Shown piece after piece: positions 35,698-46,514 of a stretch of DNA of 64,000 nucleotides; the stretch's first letter is position 1, and every line of letters starts with the position of its first letter. The translations under genes were made by a program, and so were the position numbers. Source of the stretch: Mantamonas sphyraenae STR306 (Eukaryota > Protista > CRuMs); assembly GCA_026936335.1 (NCBI GenBank), contig JAPMXV010000021.1:186512-250511 (forward strand), written 5' to 3'. The notes beneath the pieces were generated by a model. It saw only the letters and a list, made by a program, of their open reading frames with translations. It was not told the origin of the DNA and ran no database searches.

Positions 35698-38692
35698 CTA
35701 CAGGGCGTCGAGCTCATCCAGCAGTGCGTCAAAGTCCATGTCGTCGTCCATGTCGTCGCCAGCGTCGAGAAAGCCTGCCATCTGGGATGGTGTGGTACCT
35801 GCAATCATGCCCCACAGCTCGCTGATGTCGCTGGTGGCGCTGGAGTCGTAGACGCTCTCGCGGCCAAGGGCGTGCGCCACACTTGCGCCGTAGCCAGAGG
35901 ACTGGGGATATGTGTAGCTATCGTCATCGTCGTCCCCACTGTCGTTGTTGTCGCCTGCTTGCGCGTCGTCATCGTCAATGGCGGCTTGCGAGGTGGTAGA
36001 GGTGGTGGTTGTGCCTGACGCTAGAGTGCGCTTCTGGTCGCCGCCCATGCCCAGCAGCATGGCCAGGTTGTCGTCGTAGGAAGCGTCTGAAGAGGCGTGC
36101 ATGCGGCTTGAGCGTTTGCTGGCCATGTGCTCAGACTGGTCCACGTCTGTGTCAGCAGCGTCGTCGTCGTTGTCGCCCTCAGCGTCGTCGCCCTCTTGGT
36201 TGGCGGCTGGCATCGAGGCGTCCATGCCCAGCAGCTTGGACAGGCTGTCGTTGAACTCTGCATCCGACTCTGTGCGGCTGTCACGCACGTTGGCCTGTTG
36301 GGACGAGGGCTGCGGTGCTTCAAAGAGGAGCTGGTCGAGCTCCGAGTCTACGGCCGCGTTGTCTTGCTCCTGCTGCTCCTGTGTGTTCTCGCCGGGCCTT
36401 GAATCTTCCTTGGACGGGACGTCCGTGGTGGTGGTGGATGGTGTGGCCTGGGGCAAGGTCTCTTCGAGTTGCAGGAGCTCGTTAAAGGCTTCGTCGCTGG
36501 CGTCTTCGTGTTGCTGCTCTGTCGTGTCGTCGAGGTCGAGTAGCTGGGCAAAGGCTTCATCGCTGGCGTCTGTTGACTGGACGCGGTTGGTACCAAGGGC
36601 CTCTGCAAGCAAGTCGGACTTGGACGGGGGCTGTGTGCGCCTGGGGGGCGGGGTGGGAGGAGTTTCATCGTCGCCGTCGCCGTTCTGGTCTTGGTTTGTG
36701 ACGGCGCCGGCAAAGCGCTTGGGTGGGACGGGTGGAGGGCCAGCTTGAGAGTTGGCAGCCATTTGCTGCTGCTTGCTGATTGCCTGTTTGATGAGGGAGG
36801 GCTGGCGAGAGAGATTCAGAGAAGCGCGGCGCTGCTCAACCTCGTGCTTGACCTGGTCTTCGGTACTCTTGTCAAAGCTAAAGAGCCAAGTGTAGTCGCC
36901 TGCGGCGTCGCCAAAGGCAGAGACAATGGAAGCGATGACCTCGTCGTGTTGGAGCTGGCGCTCGATGCCCGAGGTGTGGACAAGGTTGAGGGCAAACTTG
37001 GTTGCGTCTGCAGAGGGCATGGCGATCTTGCGGAGGACCTTGTGGATGACGTCGCGTACGGTGTGGGACTGTGTGTATGCAACCGTCTTCCAGCTCTTGT
37101 CCTTGAAATAGATGCGGAGGGCGGCTGGAGTGGGTTTGTGCTGACTCTTGCGCAGGTTCTCCATGTTCTTTGCCCCGAGAGAGGCGGTGCGCTTGTTGGT
37201 CATACTACGGCCGATGCGCTCTGAAGCATCCTGGGAGAGAGAAAACACAAGTTGGATGTCAGAGGCGCTGTCGAGGAGGGAGGCGACGTTTGCGTCGTCG
37301 GCAAGGGCAGTTTGGTCGGTTTCGTCGCGCTGATCAGCGGGGCAGCTGGCAAGGGTGAAATTGGCTGGGTTCTTGCCCTGCAACTTGAGCTTCTTGAGGA
37401 TCTGAGACTTGAGCTGGAGCACGTTGGTGTCGCTGCGGTAGACAAAGGTCTTGAAGGAGTCGTCGCGGAAGTAGACGCGTGTCGTCTTTGGTGGCTCGGA
37501 GGAGGCGAGTGCAGAGGTGGTGGATGTGGAAGAGGTGGTGGATGTGTTGCTGTTGCTGTTGCTGTTGCTGATGCTGTTGACGTTTGCGGTGGAGGAGGCG
37601 TCGCGGAGGGAGGACTGTGTGACGTTGCCGCTGATGGCAGCACTCTTGATGTCTGTGACCCAGGCGTCGCGTTCGTCCTCTGTGTCTGCAGCCATGAGGT
37701 AGGCCTTTCCCGGAACAGTGATGCAGAAGCAATAGTCGCGGTTGTCCTGGACGAGGTTGCAGGTAGTGCCGGCCAGGTCGATGACGCCGGTGGGCTTGTC
37801 GTCCTTTCCTTCGGGCATGGTTTTGAAGTAGGCCAGCATGTGGTCTGTTTTGTTGAGGACAAAGTACCGTTCCTGCCACTTTGTGCCAAAGGCGCCGCCC
37901 TTCTTGTAGAGGAAGCCATTGCGGCCGGAGCTCCCCTTGATCAGTTTCTTGACGTATCCATCGACGCTCTTCTTTGCAGTGGAGGATGCAGAGGGTGAGG
38001 AGGGGCTCTGCTGAGGTTGCGAGTCGTCGACTTGCTGCTGGGCCTGCTGTGCGCCGGGGTAGTTTTTCGGCGGGAGGGTTGGCGGAGCTGCAGCTGCCTT
38101 TTGCAGGTGCTGTTCGCGCAGGGCAACCTGCTGTTGCTGTGGGAGTCGGGGTTGGAGGAGAAAGTGGGGAGCGCGGGAGCGGGAAATGGCAGGGATGGAC
38201 ATGGGAGACGAGAGTGTGAGCCGAGGCAAAGAAATGGAGAGCGGAAGACGCAGGGCCGAATTTGCGAGGAGAAGGTGGCGGGCGTACCATGTTGGGAAGC
38301 ATGGGTTTGATCTTGGGCACAATGTGCTTGCGTGTGTACGACGTGGGGAACCGCCCCTGTTTGCCGTTGACTGTACCCTGGGACCTGTGCAGTTGGGTGG
38401 TGAGGGAAGTGTCAGGATGGAGCGGATGCGCTTTGCACGTGACCAAGGGCAAGCGTACCAGTCTGCATCGAGGGCGGTGGCGTCGTGGATAATGTCTCCC
38501 TTGCGCAGCTCGAGGTCGCCGTCTTGCTCCGGCTCAAAGTTGTGCGTAGCAATGAGCGTCGCGGCTGGGGTCGTGACATGGGCGACGGGGCGGGGTGAGC
38601 CTTTTGCTGGGGATTTGGGAAGGATGTGGGGAGAGAGGGAGGGGAGAGAGCGGCGCGCGGGGGGGGGAGGGGGGGAGGGACGTACTGGACAT
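35698..38692 (-). CDS. Adaptor protein: SH3 - PH - two RA/FERM-F1-like ubiquitin folds - proline-rich - acidic tail with LD-like motifs
   Basis: 7-nt first exon ATGTCCA|GTACGT; SH3 ATHNFEPEQDGDLELRKGD..DW|..G.FP.SY; PH RNGFLYKKGG..WQERYFVL..ERDAWV; two RVYFRDDSFKT / RIYFKDKSWKT units. Confidence 0.8.
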
Positions 38693-38723
38693 GGATAAAG
38701 TGTGGTTTGTTTGTGCGGGACAG

Positions 38724-40296
38724 TCACGATTTGGTCAGGGCGGGGCGGCGTCGCAATCCGCCACCCATGCGCTTCTTCTTGAGACCGAGCTTGGGTTTGC
38801 CGAGGGCTGGGCCGCTGCTGCTGGCAGGCGACTTTTTCAGTCCCAGTCCGGAGCCACCGAGCTTGGGCTTGCCCAAGAGTCCCTTCTTCTTTGCCTTGAG
38901 AGCGCCTCCAAGAGGCTTCTTGAGACCGCCTGAACTTGCCGGGCTGCTCTTTGCGCTTGCGCTGCTTCCGATGCTCGAGGCGGTGCTCTTGGGCGTATCA
39001 TGCGCCTCGTCGCCGTCGTCGTCGTCTGCGTCGTCGTGGACATTCTTGTTGTCGTCCTCGTTGTCCTCGTCGTCGTCGTCGTCGGCGTGTGCTGCGGTCG
39101 GGGCCGGCGCAGCTGCTGGCTTCTTCTTGGGCTTGATCAGCTTCTTCTTCTTGCCGACACCGGGTTTTGCGAGAGGCGTGCTTGCCTTGGAGGGAGCCGG
39201 TGCAGATGCACTGGCCTTCTTTGTTGTCTTTTTGGATGCGGCGGGCGTCTTCGTCTTCTTGCTGCCTGCACTCTTCTTCTTGCTCTTCTGGGCGGAGCCA
39301 AAGTCATCGTCGTCGTCGTCGTCGAGATTGTCGTCTTCAAACTCCTCATCGTAGTCGTCCTCCTCGTCGTCGACGGCAGCAGCGACGTCAAACTCGTCGT
39401 CGTCTTCCTGTGCGTCGGCAGCTGCAGCCTGCTGGTCGTCCTCCAGGAACATGGCTGCGTCCTCGTCGTCCAGGCCGTCGAGAAAGTCCAGGTCAGCCAT
39501 TGTCTCTGAGTAGTTGACCTTCTTGCGACGGCGACGTCCTGGCTTCTCTTCGTACTCGGGTTCCTTTGCAGGCGAAGGCACGTAGTTGTTCTTCTTGCTG
39601 CTGCTCTTCTTCTTGCTGCTCTTCACGCTTGTGATCTCGTCCTCGTCGTCCTCGTCGCCTGCATGGCTGCTCTCTGCAGCACCTTTGATCTCGTCGTCCT
39701 CGTCATCGCTTGCGCGCTGGCGCTTTGTGTCCGCCTGCTCCGCTTCCTCGCTCACCTGCTCGTTGTCCTCGGGTTCCTTGCGCTTACGGCTGCTGTTGCT
39801 GCTTTGGCTGCTGCTCGGGGCAGGCGCAAAGTCGTCCTCGTCGTCGATGTCAAGCGCACTCTTTTGAGACGTCGGCTCGGCTGTGTCTGGGTTGGGCGGA
39901 ACAAACGGGTGAGCGATTCCAAGGTGAGCGATTGTGGACAATGCTCGCGTATCAAACACACATGCGCACAGACGACTTGCGTGTGTGCATGTATGTGTTG
40001 GGGGTATGTTCCGTGTGTGTGGACGGTGTGGTGTGTGCATGTGGGATGTGTGCAACACATGGGGCTGAGAAAGGCGGCCTGCGCGCGGTTTTGGCGCGCT
40101 CGAAATCGCTGGGTTCCCGGGAACCTGAGTTCCTGTCTGATCGCTCACCTTGCTCGTCGTCCGCTTCCTCGTTGTCCGAGTCTGCCACCTCTGCATTGTC
40201 CACGTTGGTCTCTGTGGTGTCATCCACTTCCTGCGTGGTCTCTTTGGTCTCCATGGCATTCTCGTTGCTGTCCTGGTGTTGTTCGGTGTCGGTCAT
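38724..40296 (-). CDS. Low-complexity acidic/Lys-rich protein, probably nuclear (one intron)
   Basis: Exon 1 MTDTEQHQ... is joined by intron ~40149-39887 to the long ORF; RRRRKKVNYSE motif and basic C-terminus. Confidence 0.6.
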
Positions 40297-40508
40297 GTCG
40301 GCCGTTCTGTTTCTGCGTTTTTTTGCCTGGTGGTGAGTGCGCATGCGGCGCACATCACCATTTGAGCGGGTCAGAGACGAAAACGGGTGCACAAGAGTGG
40401 GTGGTGTGCAGGAGAATGCGTTGTTGCACCGCATGTTCACGTGTGTGGGCGTTTCCGTGGGGATGCAAACACACCCGCCCGGCCTCAACCACAGCAAGGC
40501 ACGGCGAG

Positions 40509-41978
40509 ATGTTCGGCAGGGCTCAGCCACAGGACAACAAACTGGTGCTGTCCAATGTCTACTCGTGGCTCAAGACGGACAACAAAATGCTTCTGCGTGC
40601 GTTGCAGGACACGTTTACGTTCAAGAAGCGCACGTTCAGCGGCGGGGGCGATGGACGAGGTCGGCGCTGGCCCAAGGAGTCGTCGAACCAGTTCTTCAAC
40701 GCCAAACATGGGCGTTTTGGCACAGGTTTGTTGGAGGAAGTGCAGCAGTACCTACAGCTGATGCAGCAGCCGTGGGAGGTGGAAGACGAACGAGCGCCGC
40801 TTCCGGCCACCAGTCCGGTGCACAGAGACTCGCTGGAGCATGCAGGATTCCGTCTGCACGACTACCAAGTCGATGTAGCGAACATGGCGCTGCAGCGTGA
40901 GCGTGGCGTGGTCAAGTGCGCGACGGGAGGTGGCAAAACGGTGATATTTGCAGCGGTGGTGAACAGCCTGGCCAAGGACGCCCGCTGTGTGCTTCTGTTC
41001 CGCAACAAGGTGCTGGTTAATCAAGCCTACGAGACGCTGCACGCATGCGGCGTGTCTGGTCTGGTGCGCAACACCATGGACCATGCCGTGCACGTAGACA
41101 CAAACACGCGTGTGGTGTGTTCCACAGTGCAATCGTTGCACAAGGTGGAGCCTCAGTATGTGAGGAACGCCCATGCCGTCATTGTGGACGAGTGCCACGA
41201 GTTCACCTCGCCCAAGTCGACCAAGGTGCTGCGCGAGTTTCGCAACGCCCGGCTCCGCCTGGGCTTCTCCGCCACGCCCTTCCGTCTGGACGACGAAATC
41301 CACAACCACCGACTCAAGAGCATGTTGGGTCAACAGCTGTGCGACATCGACACAGAGACGCTAACCGACGCAGACATCCTGGCGGGCGCAACGTGTCACT
41401 TTCACCCCGTGCGACCGTACCGTGGCCATGCCGATCTGAACAGCCTGCAGTGGCCTCAAGCCGAAGTAGAAGGGATTGTGCACAACGAGGCGTTCCACGA
41501 CCAGGTGGTGGACCTTGTGCAGGGCATTTCGCACGGTCGTGTCATGATCATGGTTCAGCGGCTGCTGCACGGCGATCAGCTGGCTGCTCGCATGCCCGGA
41601 TGCTACTGGATCTCTGGGGAGGACTCGGCAGACACACGTCGGTATGTCTTTGACCAGCTGAGCGGCCGCTTCGACGGCTCGGATGATGATGCGCAGGACG
41701 GCGTCAAGCGCGCCCCGCGCAAGGTCGTGGCTGTGGTGTCGTCTATTGGTAACGTGGGCGTCAACGTGTTTGTCCATCATTTGATCAACGCGGCCGGTGG
41801 CAAGAGCCCACATTTGACCATCCAAAAAGTGGGCCGAGGCCTGCGCAAGGCTTCGGACAAACAAAGGCTGGACTACCACGATTTTGTTCACGAGGACAAC
41901 GTGTACTTGCGTCGCCACAGTGAACAACGCATGCGCACATTGCGCAGCGAGGGACACAAGGTGCAAGTGGAGCGGTGA
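40509..41978 (+). CDS. Superfamily 2 DNA helicase, phage UvsW-like (intronless)
   Basis: LHDYQ, GVVKCATGGGKT, IVDECH, GFSATP, IQKVGRGLRK...DF...YLRRHSEQR; N-terminal FFNAKHGRFGTGLL. Confidence 0.85.
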   Translation: MFGRAQPQDNKLVLSNVYSWLKTDNKMLLRALQDTFTFKKRTFSGGGDGRGRRWPKESSNQFFNAKHGRFGTGLLEEVQQYLQLMQQPWEVEDERAPLPATSPVHRDSLEHAGFRLHDYQVDVANMALQRERGVVKCATGGGKTVIFAAVVNSLAKDARCVLLFRNKVLVNQAYETLHACGVSGLVRNTMDHAVHVDTNTRVVCSTVQSLHKVEPQYVRNAHAVIVDECHEFTSPKSTKVLREFRNARLRLGFSATPFRLDDEIHNHRLKSMLGQQLCDIDTETLTDADILAGATCHFHPVRPYRGHADLNSLQWPQAEVEGIVHNEAFHDQVVDLVQGISHGRVMIMVQRLLHGDQLAARMPGCYWISGEDSADTRRYVFDQLSGRFDGSDDDAQDGVKRAPRKVVAVVSSIGNVGVNVFVHHLINAAGGKSPHLTIQKVGRGLRKASDKQRLDYHDFVHEDNVYLRRHSEQRMRTLRSEGHKVQVER

Positions 41979-42002
41979 GGCGGAACCGTTGTTTTCTTTC
42001 TT

Positions 42003-43706
42003 TCAATGCCCCTCTGCGATCAAGTCCTGGATGACAACGACGACGCCGATGATGCCGCCCACGAGGCCAAACACAATGATGGCGTAATCTTTGTAGATTT
42101 CCCAGCGTGCAAGCTGCGGTCCAAAGAGGTGGATGTGAAAGAGGCAAGGAAGGATGAAGGCGAGGGCAGACGAGCCCACGGCGCCGACAATGCTGATGAA
42201 GAAGCCAAAGTCGTTGCGAAAGATAATGGCAATGATGGTGGAGGCAATGACGAGCGACAGGCGCAGCACGTTGCGCTTCCAGGTGAGCGGGACCGAGGCC
42301 AAGAAGCCTCGCTTGCTGGAGGACGAGATGGACGATGCGTCAACGTACTCGTCGTCGTCATCGCCGCTCATGCCGTCGAGTTGGTCGTGTGCAAGCAGCC
42401 CCTGTGTTTCAGATGAGGTGGCCTGGCGCTTGGGCAGGCGGTCGTGCTCGAGATCAGAGTCGGCGGGGCCGTGGCCGTCGGTGTTGTTGTCGTCGTCGTC
42501 GTCGTCGCTGAAGGAGGCGCCGTGCGGGCGTGGAGGGTCGACCTGGTCGCCAAAGGCAAGGCGCTCTGCAATCTCGATGACAGGATAGAGCTGGAGCGGA
42601 TAGGTAAAGAGGATGCCGACGACAAGGCCGACCTGGAGGACCGATACAATGAGGGTGCCAGTGGGCAGAGCCTGTGTGATGATCTGGGTGGTGCGTAGGC
42701 CATACTTTGCGTACCCGAGCATGCCAAAAGAACCGAGGATGAGCGAGACGAGGACGATGACGAGATGGAGGAGACGAGGAAAAGCACGTCTGTTGTTGCC
42801 CATTGAGGCCTCGATGGGGATGATGGTGCCGATGCCCTCGTAAGCAGCAGTAACGGTGCCAAAGAAGACAGGGGCAGTGTCCCAGCGAAAGGCCTGGACG
42901 TCGGGGCTGGGAGTAAAGTCGAGGAGCTCGTACACGCAAACCATGACAAAGCCAGCGAGGATAGCAACGTTGGCGAGGATGGAGAAGGGTGAGAGGGCGC
43001 GCACGGAGCGCATGAGAGAGATGGGCAGGAGGAGGGCCAGAGGCATGAGCATGAGCAAGGCAATGTCGACGGAGGGGAGCAGGTCGCTGAGGGTGTTTCC
43101 CATGACTATAAAGACAAGGGTGGGACACGAGGCGGGTCAGCAGGGTGAAAAGGTGCACGTGGGGAATATGGTGTGGCGGTGTCGTGCGCTGGGCGGCGTG
43201 TGGGGGCACGTACAGATAAAATAGCCGACACAGAAACCAAACTGGGTGAAACACAAAGCAACGTCGACGATAACTCCGCCGCGGTCGCCGTAGCAAACAC
43301 GTCCAATGTCGCTGTAGGTGGTGAGTTTTTCCATGCGCTCGAGAACAAAGGCAGGCATGACGGGTTTGCCGTCTTTGTCCTTGACAGAGTCCTCGACACG
43401 CAGCTGAACGGCGCGTGATTTGGCGAGGACAATGAGCTGGCAGCAGTGGTCTGTGATGAGAGCGACCACGACAAGGCCGATGACGCCCAAGACCATGCCC
43501 GCATTCATAAAGGCAAAGGGCAGGCCAAGGTAATTGGAGCCGACAAAGGCCTTGAGGATGTTCATGAAATCGCTGAGAACGTCGCGGAAGGGCACTGCGG
43601 CAATGCGAGCGGCTCTGTCGCTGGCGTCGGTGGAGGTGGAAAGGATGGAGCGTGCGCTGGAGCGATCATCGCTCTGGATGGCGCCCGAGGATGAAACACG
43701 CTGCAT
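42003..43706 (-). CDS. Amino acid transporter, SLC36/Avt3-like
   Basis: NILKAFVGSNYLGLPFAFMNAG, TQFGFCVGYFI, FFGTVTAAYEGIG.IIPIE, TYPLQLYPV; intron ~43216-43109. Confidence 0.9.
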
Positions 43707-43751
43707 CGTGGTTGCGCCAGCTTGCGCATCCAAACAGAACAACAACACACA

Positions 43752-44696
43752 ATGGTGAGTGGATGGGCATGGTGTGGCACCACACGTATGGCGTGTGTCG
43801 CATAGTGGGATGGAGATGTGAGATCGTGTGTGTGTGCGTATGGGCGTGGCCGTGGCGGAGTCGGCCGAGGGCGTGGGTTGCGTGTTTGGGAATTGCGAGA
43901 AGCAGCGACGCACTGGAAGCCGCCTGCTCGTGCAGGCTTGCATGGCACAAGTCACAGACCATTCGCCGTGGATGGATGTGTGGATGTGTGTGCTTGTCTG
44001 CATGCTGGTGTCGGTCAAGGAGGCGTCGTGTGAGAGTGCAGCTGGGCCAAGCTGTGATGCGCATGCAGAACGCGACGCAGCCGAGGTCGCTCAAGCACCG
44101 TTTCCCTCGCCTCGCGCTCTTGCAGGACGCCCAGGCGACCATGCACGGTGTATGAGGATGGCCGGTGACTGCAGTGCGTGTGTGTGGCGTGTGGGTGGTG
44201 TTGCTTTGTATGTACCGAGCGTGTGGTGCCCAAGCACGGCTTTGCATGCGAGGCCAGGCAGAGCTGCGCGCTTGGCACCCACGCTTGCGCACGCAGCAAG
44301 CCTCTGCAGACACAACCAGACACACACGGACGCATATGTGTGCATGTACAGACGCATGGGCGTACGGTACACGCAGTGCAAAGGCAGTGTGGAGAGCAAA
44401 GGGGCGAGCAAAAGGTGGCAGGGGAATTTGTGGCTGACCCTCTTTTTCGCCCGCGTTGCGTTTTGCGCACTCGCCCACGTGCGTGTGGATGGACACAGAG
44501 CGATACCGAGGTTAAGAACGCCGAAGTGATCAAGGTGCTGGGCCGCACAGGTGCTCGTGGTCAGGTGACCCAGGTGCGCGTGCAGTTCCTGGACGAGAGC
44601 CAGCGTGTGATTGTGCGCAACGTCAAGGGCCCCGTGCGCGAGGGTGACGTCCTGGCACTCATGGAGACGGAGCGTGAGGCACGCCGTCTGCGATAA
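43752..44696 (+). CDS. RPS28: 40S ribosomal protein S28 (exon 1 is ATG only; 744-nt intron 43755-44498)
   Basis: Exon 2 [32 protein letters not shown]...[26 protein letters not shown]. The only upstream ATG|GTGAGT I found is at 43752, in an acacaATG context; branch point CTGAC at ~44434. Confidence 0.9.
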
Positions 44697-44835
44697 ATGC
44701 GCGGTTGCGCGCCTTGGCTGGGTTCTGGCCCTGCCGCATTGACCTGTGGCAGAAGCTGGACAGCGAGACAATTTCATCAATGCAGATTTCGTCCTTCTCC
44801 TGGATCCAATGTTGAACTCATCGCTCACTTATTGT

Positions 44836-46502
44836 TCATTCTGCATCGTCCACAGCGACGACCTCGACCTCGGGTGCTGCGTCCTGCTTCCTGTCCTCCT
44901 CCCCGTCCTCCTCCTCGGCTTCGTCGTCATTGAAGCTGTCGGTGGACATGGGCCGCTTGCTGCTGCTGGAGCCGTTGTTGGCGCTGTTCTGCTTGGCTTG
45001 GGCGATGGCCTCTTCGTACGAGGCGTAATGCTCCTTGTTGCGCTTGAGGATGCCCTCGACGGGCCCCAGCATACGCTCGAAACTCTCTTTGTCCAGGGTG
45101 GCGAGAACGACGTCACCATCGGCCTTGACGGTGGCGGCACGTGGCTGTGTGTACAGCAAGGCAAGCTCGCCAAAATAGTCGCCCGACTTTTCATACTGCC
45201 ACACCTGGACCTCGGGCGCGTCCGGCTGGTCGGCTGGGCGTTTGGTGACCACGCAGCGGCCACGCTCCAGCAAAAAGAACGATTCGCCCTCCTCGCCCTG
45301 CTGGATAATCACATGTCCATCGGCAAACTTGCGCTGCTGCAGAGCGTCTGCAATTGTGCTGCGTTCCCAGTGACTCAGCGAACTGAGCAGCGGGATGGTT
45401 TCCAGGAAGCTCTCGTACAGCTTGCGCTTGCGCATCGTGGACTCGAGCAACACGCGACGGAAGGTGACACGATCGATGACCCAGCAGCGCGAGTCCACCT
45501 TGGCTGTCACTGTGGCCGCGCGTGGTGTGTTGTACATGAGGGCCAGCTCGCCAAACGAGGCACCGTAGCCCAGCGTTACGACCAGGTTTGTTTCGCCGTA
45601 CTTGGTCACATAGATATCAAACTCGCCCGAGTCGACGACGTAGAAAAAGTCGCCCTCGTCGCCTGCGTGAGGATGCGTGTGCGGGGGGCGGGGCGCCGCG
45701 CGAGGTGGATTGAGTGTCAGCGCATGTGTTTGCGAGTCCAGAAACGGTTGAGCGACAGGAGGACGGGGCTGTGTGTTTGCAAGGATGTGTTACGAGCAGG
45801 GGAGGCAAGGGCAGGCAGGGCGCGTCGCACAGCCGAGAGAAATGGCGCGGGAAGGAGAAAGGAAGCGCCGAGGCGGGGAAAACGGTCGGCAGGGCGGTGG
45901 AAAACAAGGCGCTGGAGAGGGAGAGGAGGCACTGGAGACGTACCCTGCGTGATGATGGACTCGCCAGCAGGAACCTTCTTTTCAAACATGGCATCGATGA
46001 CCTCCTTGCGCTGCTCGTCGAGGCACGAGTTGAAGAGGAAGTTCTTGGAGATGGTTGCTTCGATGCGAGACACCTCTTCCTCGGTTTTCGGGTACACAAT
46101 CTTTTCGTAGGGTGCATTCTTCTCCTCGGCACTGAGCACTTCGGCCGACACACTGGTGCGACGCTCTCGGCGAGCCATCTTCTTCATGTGCGGCGGCAAA
46201 AGAACCTCTTTGGGAGCCACGGTGTACGACTTTGGCGGAGCTGCGGCCTCACCCGCAGGCCTGGGACTGAGGGACGGGTTGGTGTCGCCCTGTGCATCGT
46301 AGCCACCGGAGAATTCGTCGCCGGTGCCCGAGTTGGCTGACCCGGGTAGGTTGATGGTGGGCGTCGCTTGCTTGCCTGCGTTGCCACTGGATGATGAGGA
46401 GGAGGGTGAGGAGGAGTGACCATCTGCGTCAGGTTTGGATGGTGACTTGGACACCTTGGGTGCCTCCTCTACGGAATTGCTCCGGCTCAGGCAACTCCCC
46501 AT
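44836..46502 (-). CDS. cAMP-dependent protein kinase regulatory subunit, N-terminally acylated type
   Basis: Inhibitor site RRTSVSAE; two CNB domains with [16 protein letters not shown] and [16 protein letters not shown]; N-terminus MGSCLS; intron ~45943-45664. Confidence 0.93.
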
Positions 46503-46514
46503 CGGTTCGATTGG

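Noticed and set aside
38570-38580. Out-of-frame ATG just before the SH3 domain, suggesting a third frameshift
   Set aside because: Explained by a 7-nt first exon at 38692 spliced in phase 1 at CCCCAG, giving MSTKGSPRPVAHV.
43755-44498. Box C/D snoRNA in the RPS28 intron
   Set aside because: TGTGATGC (~44053) is an imperfect C box, and I found no suitably placed CTGA with a terminal stem.
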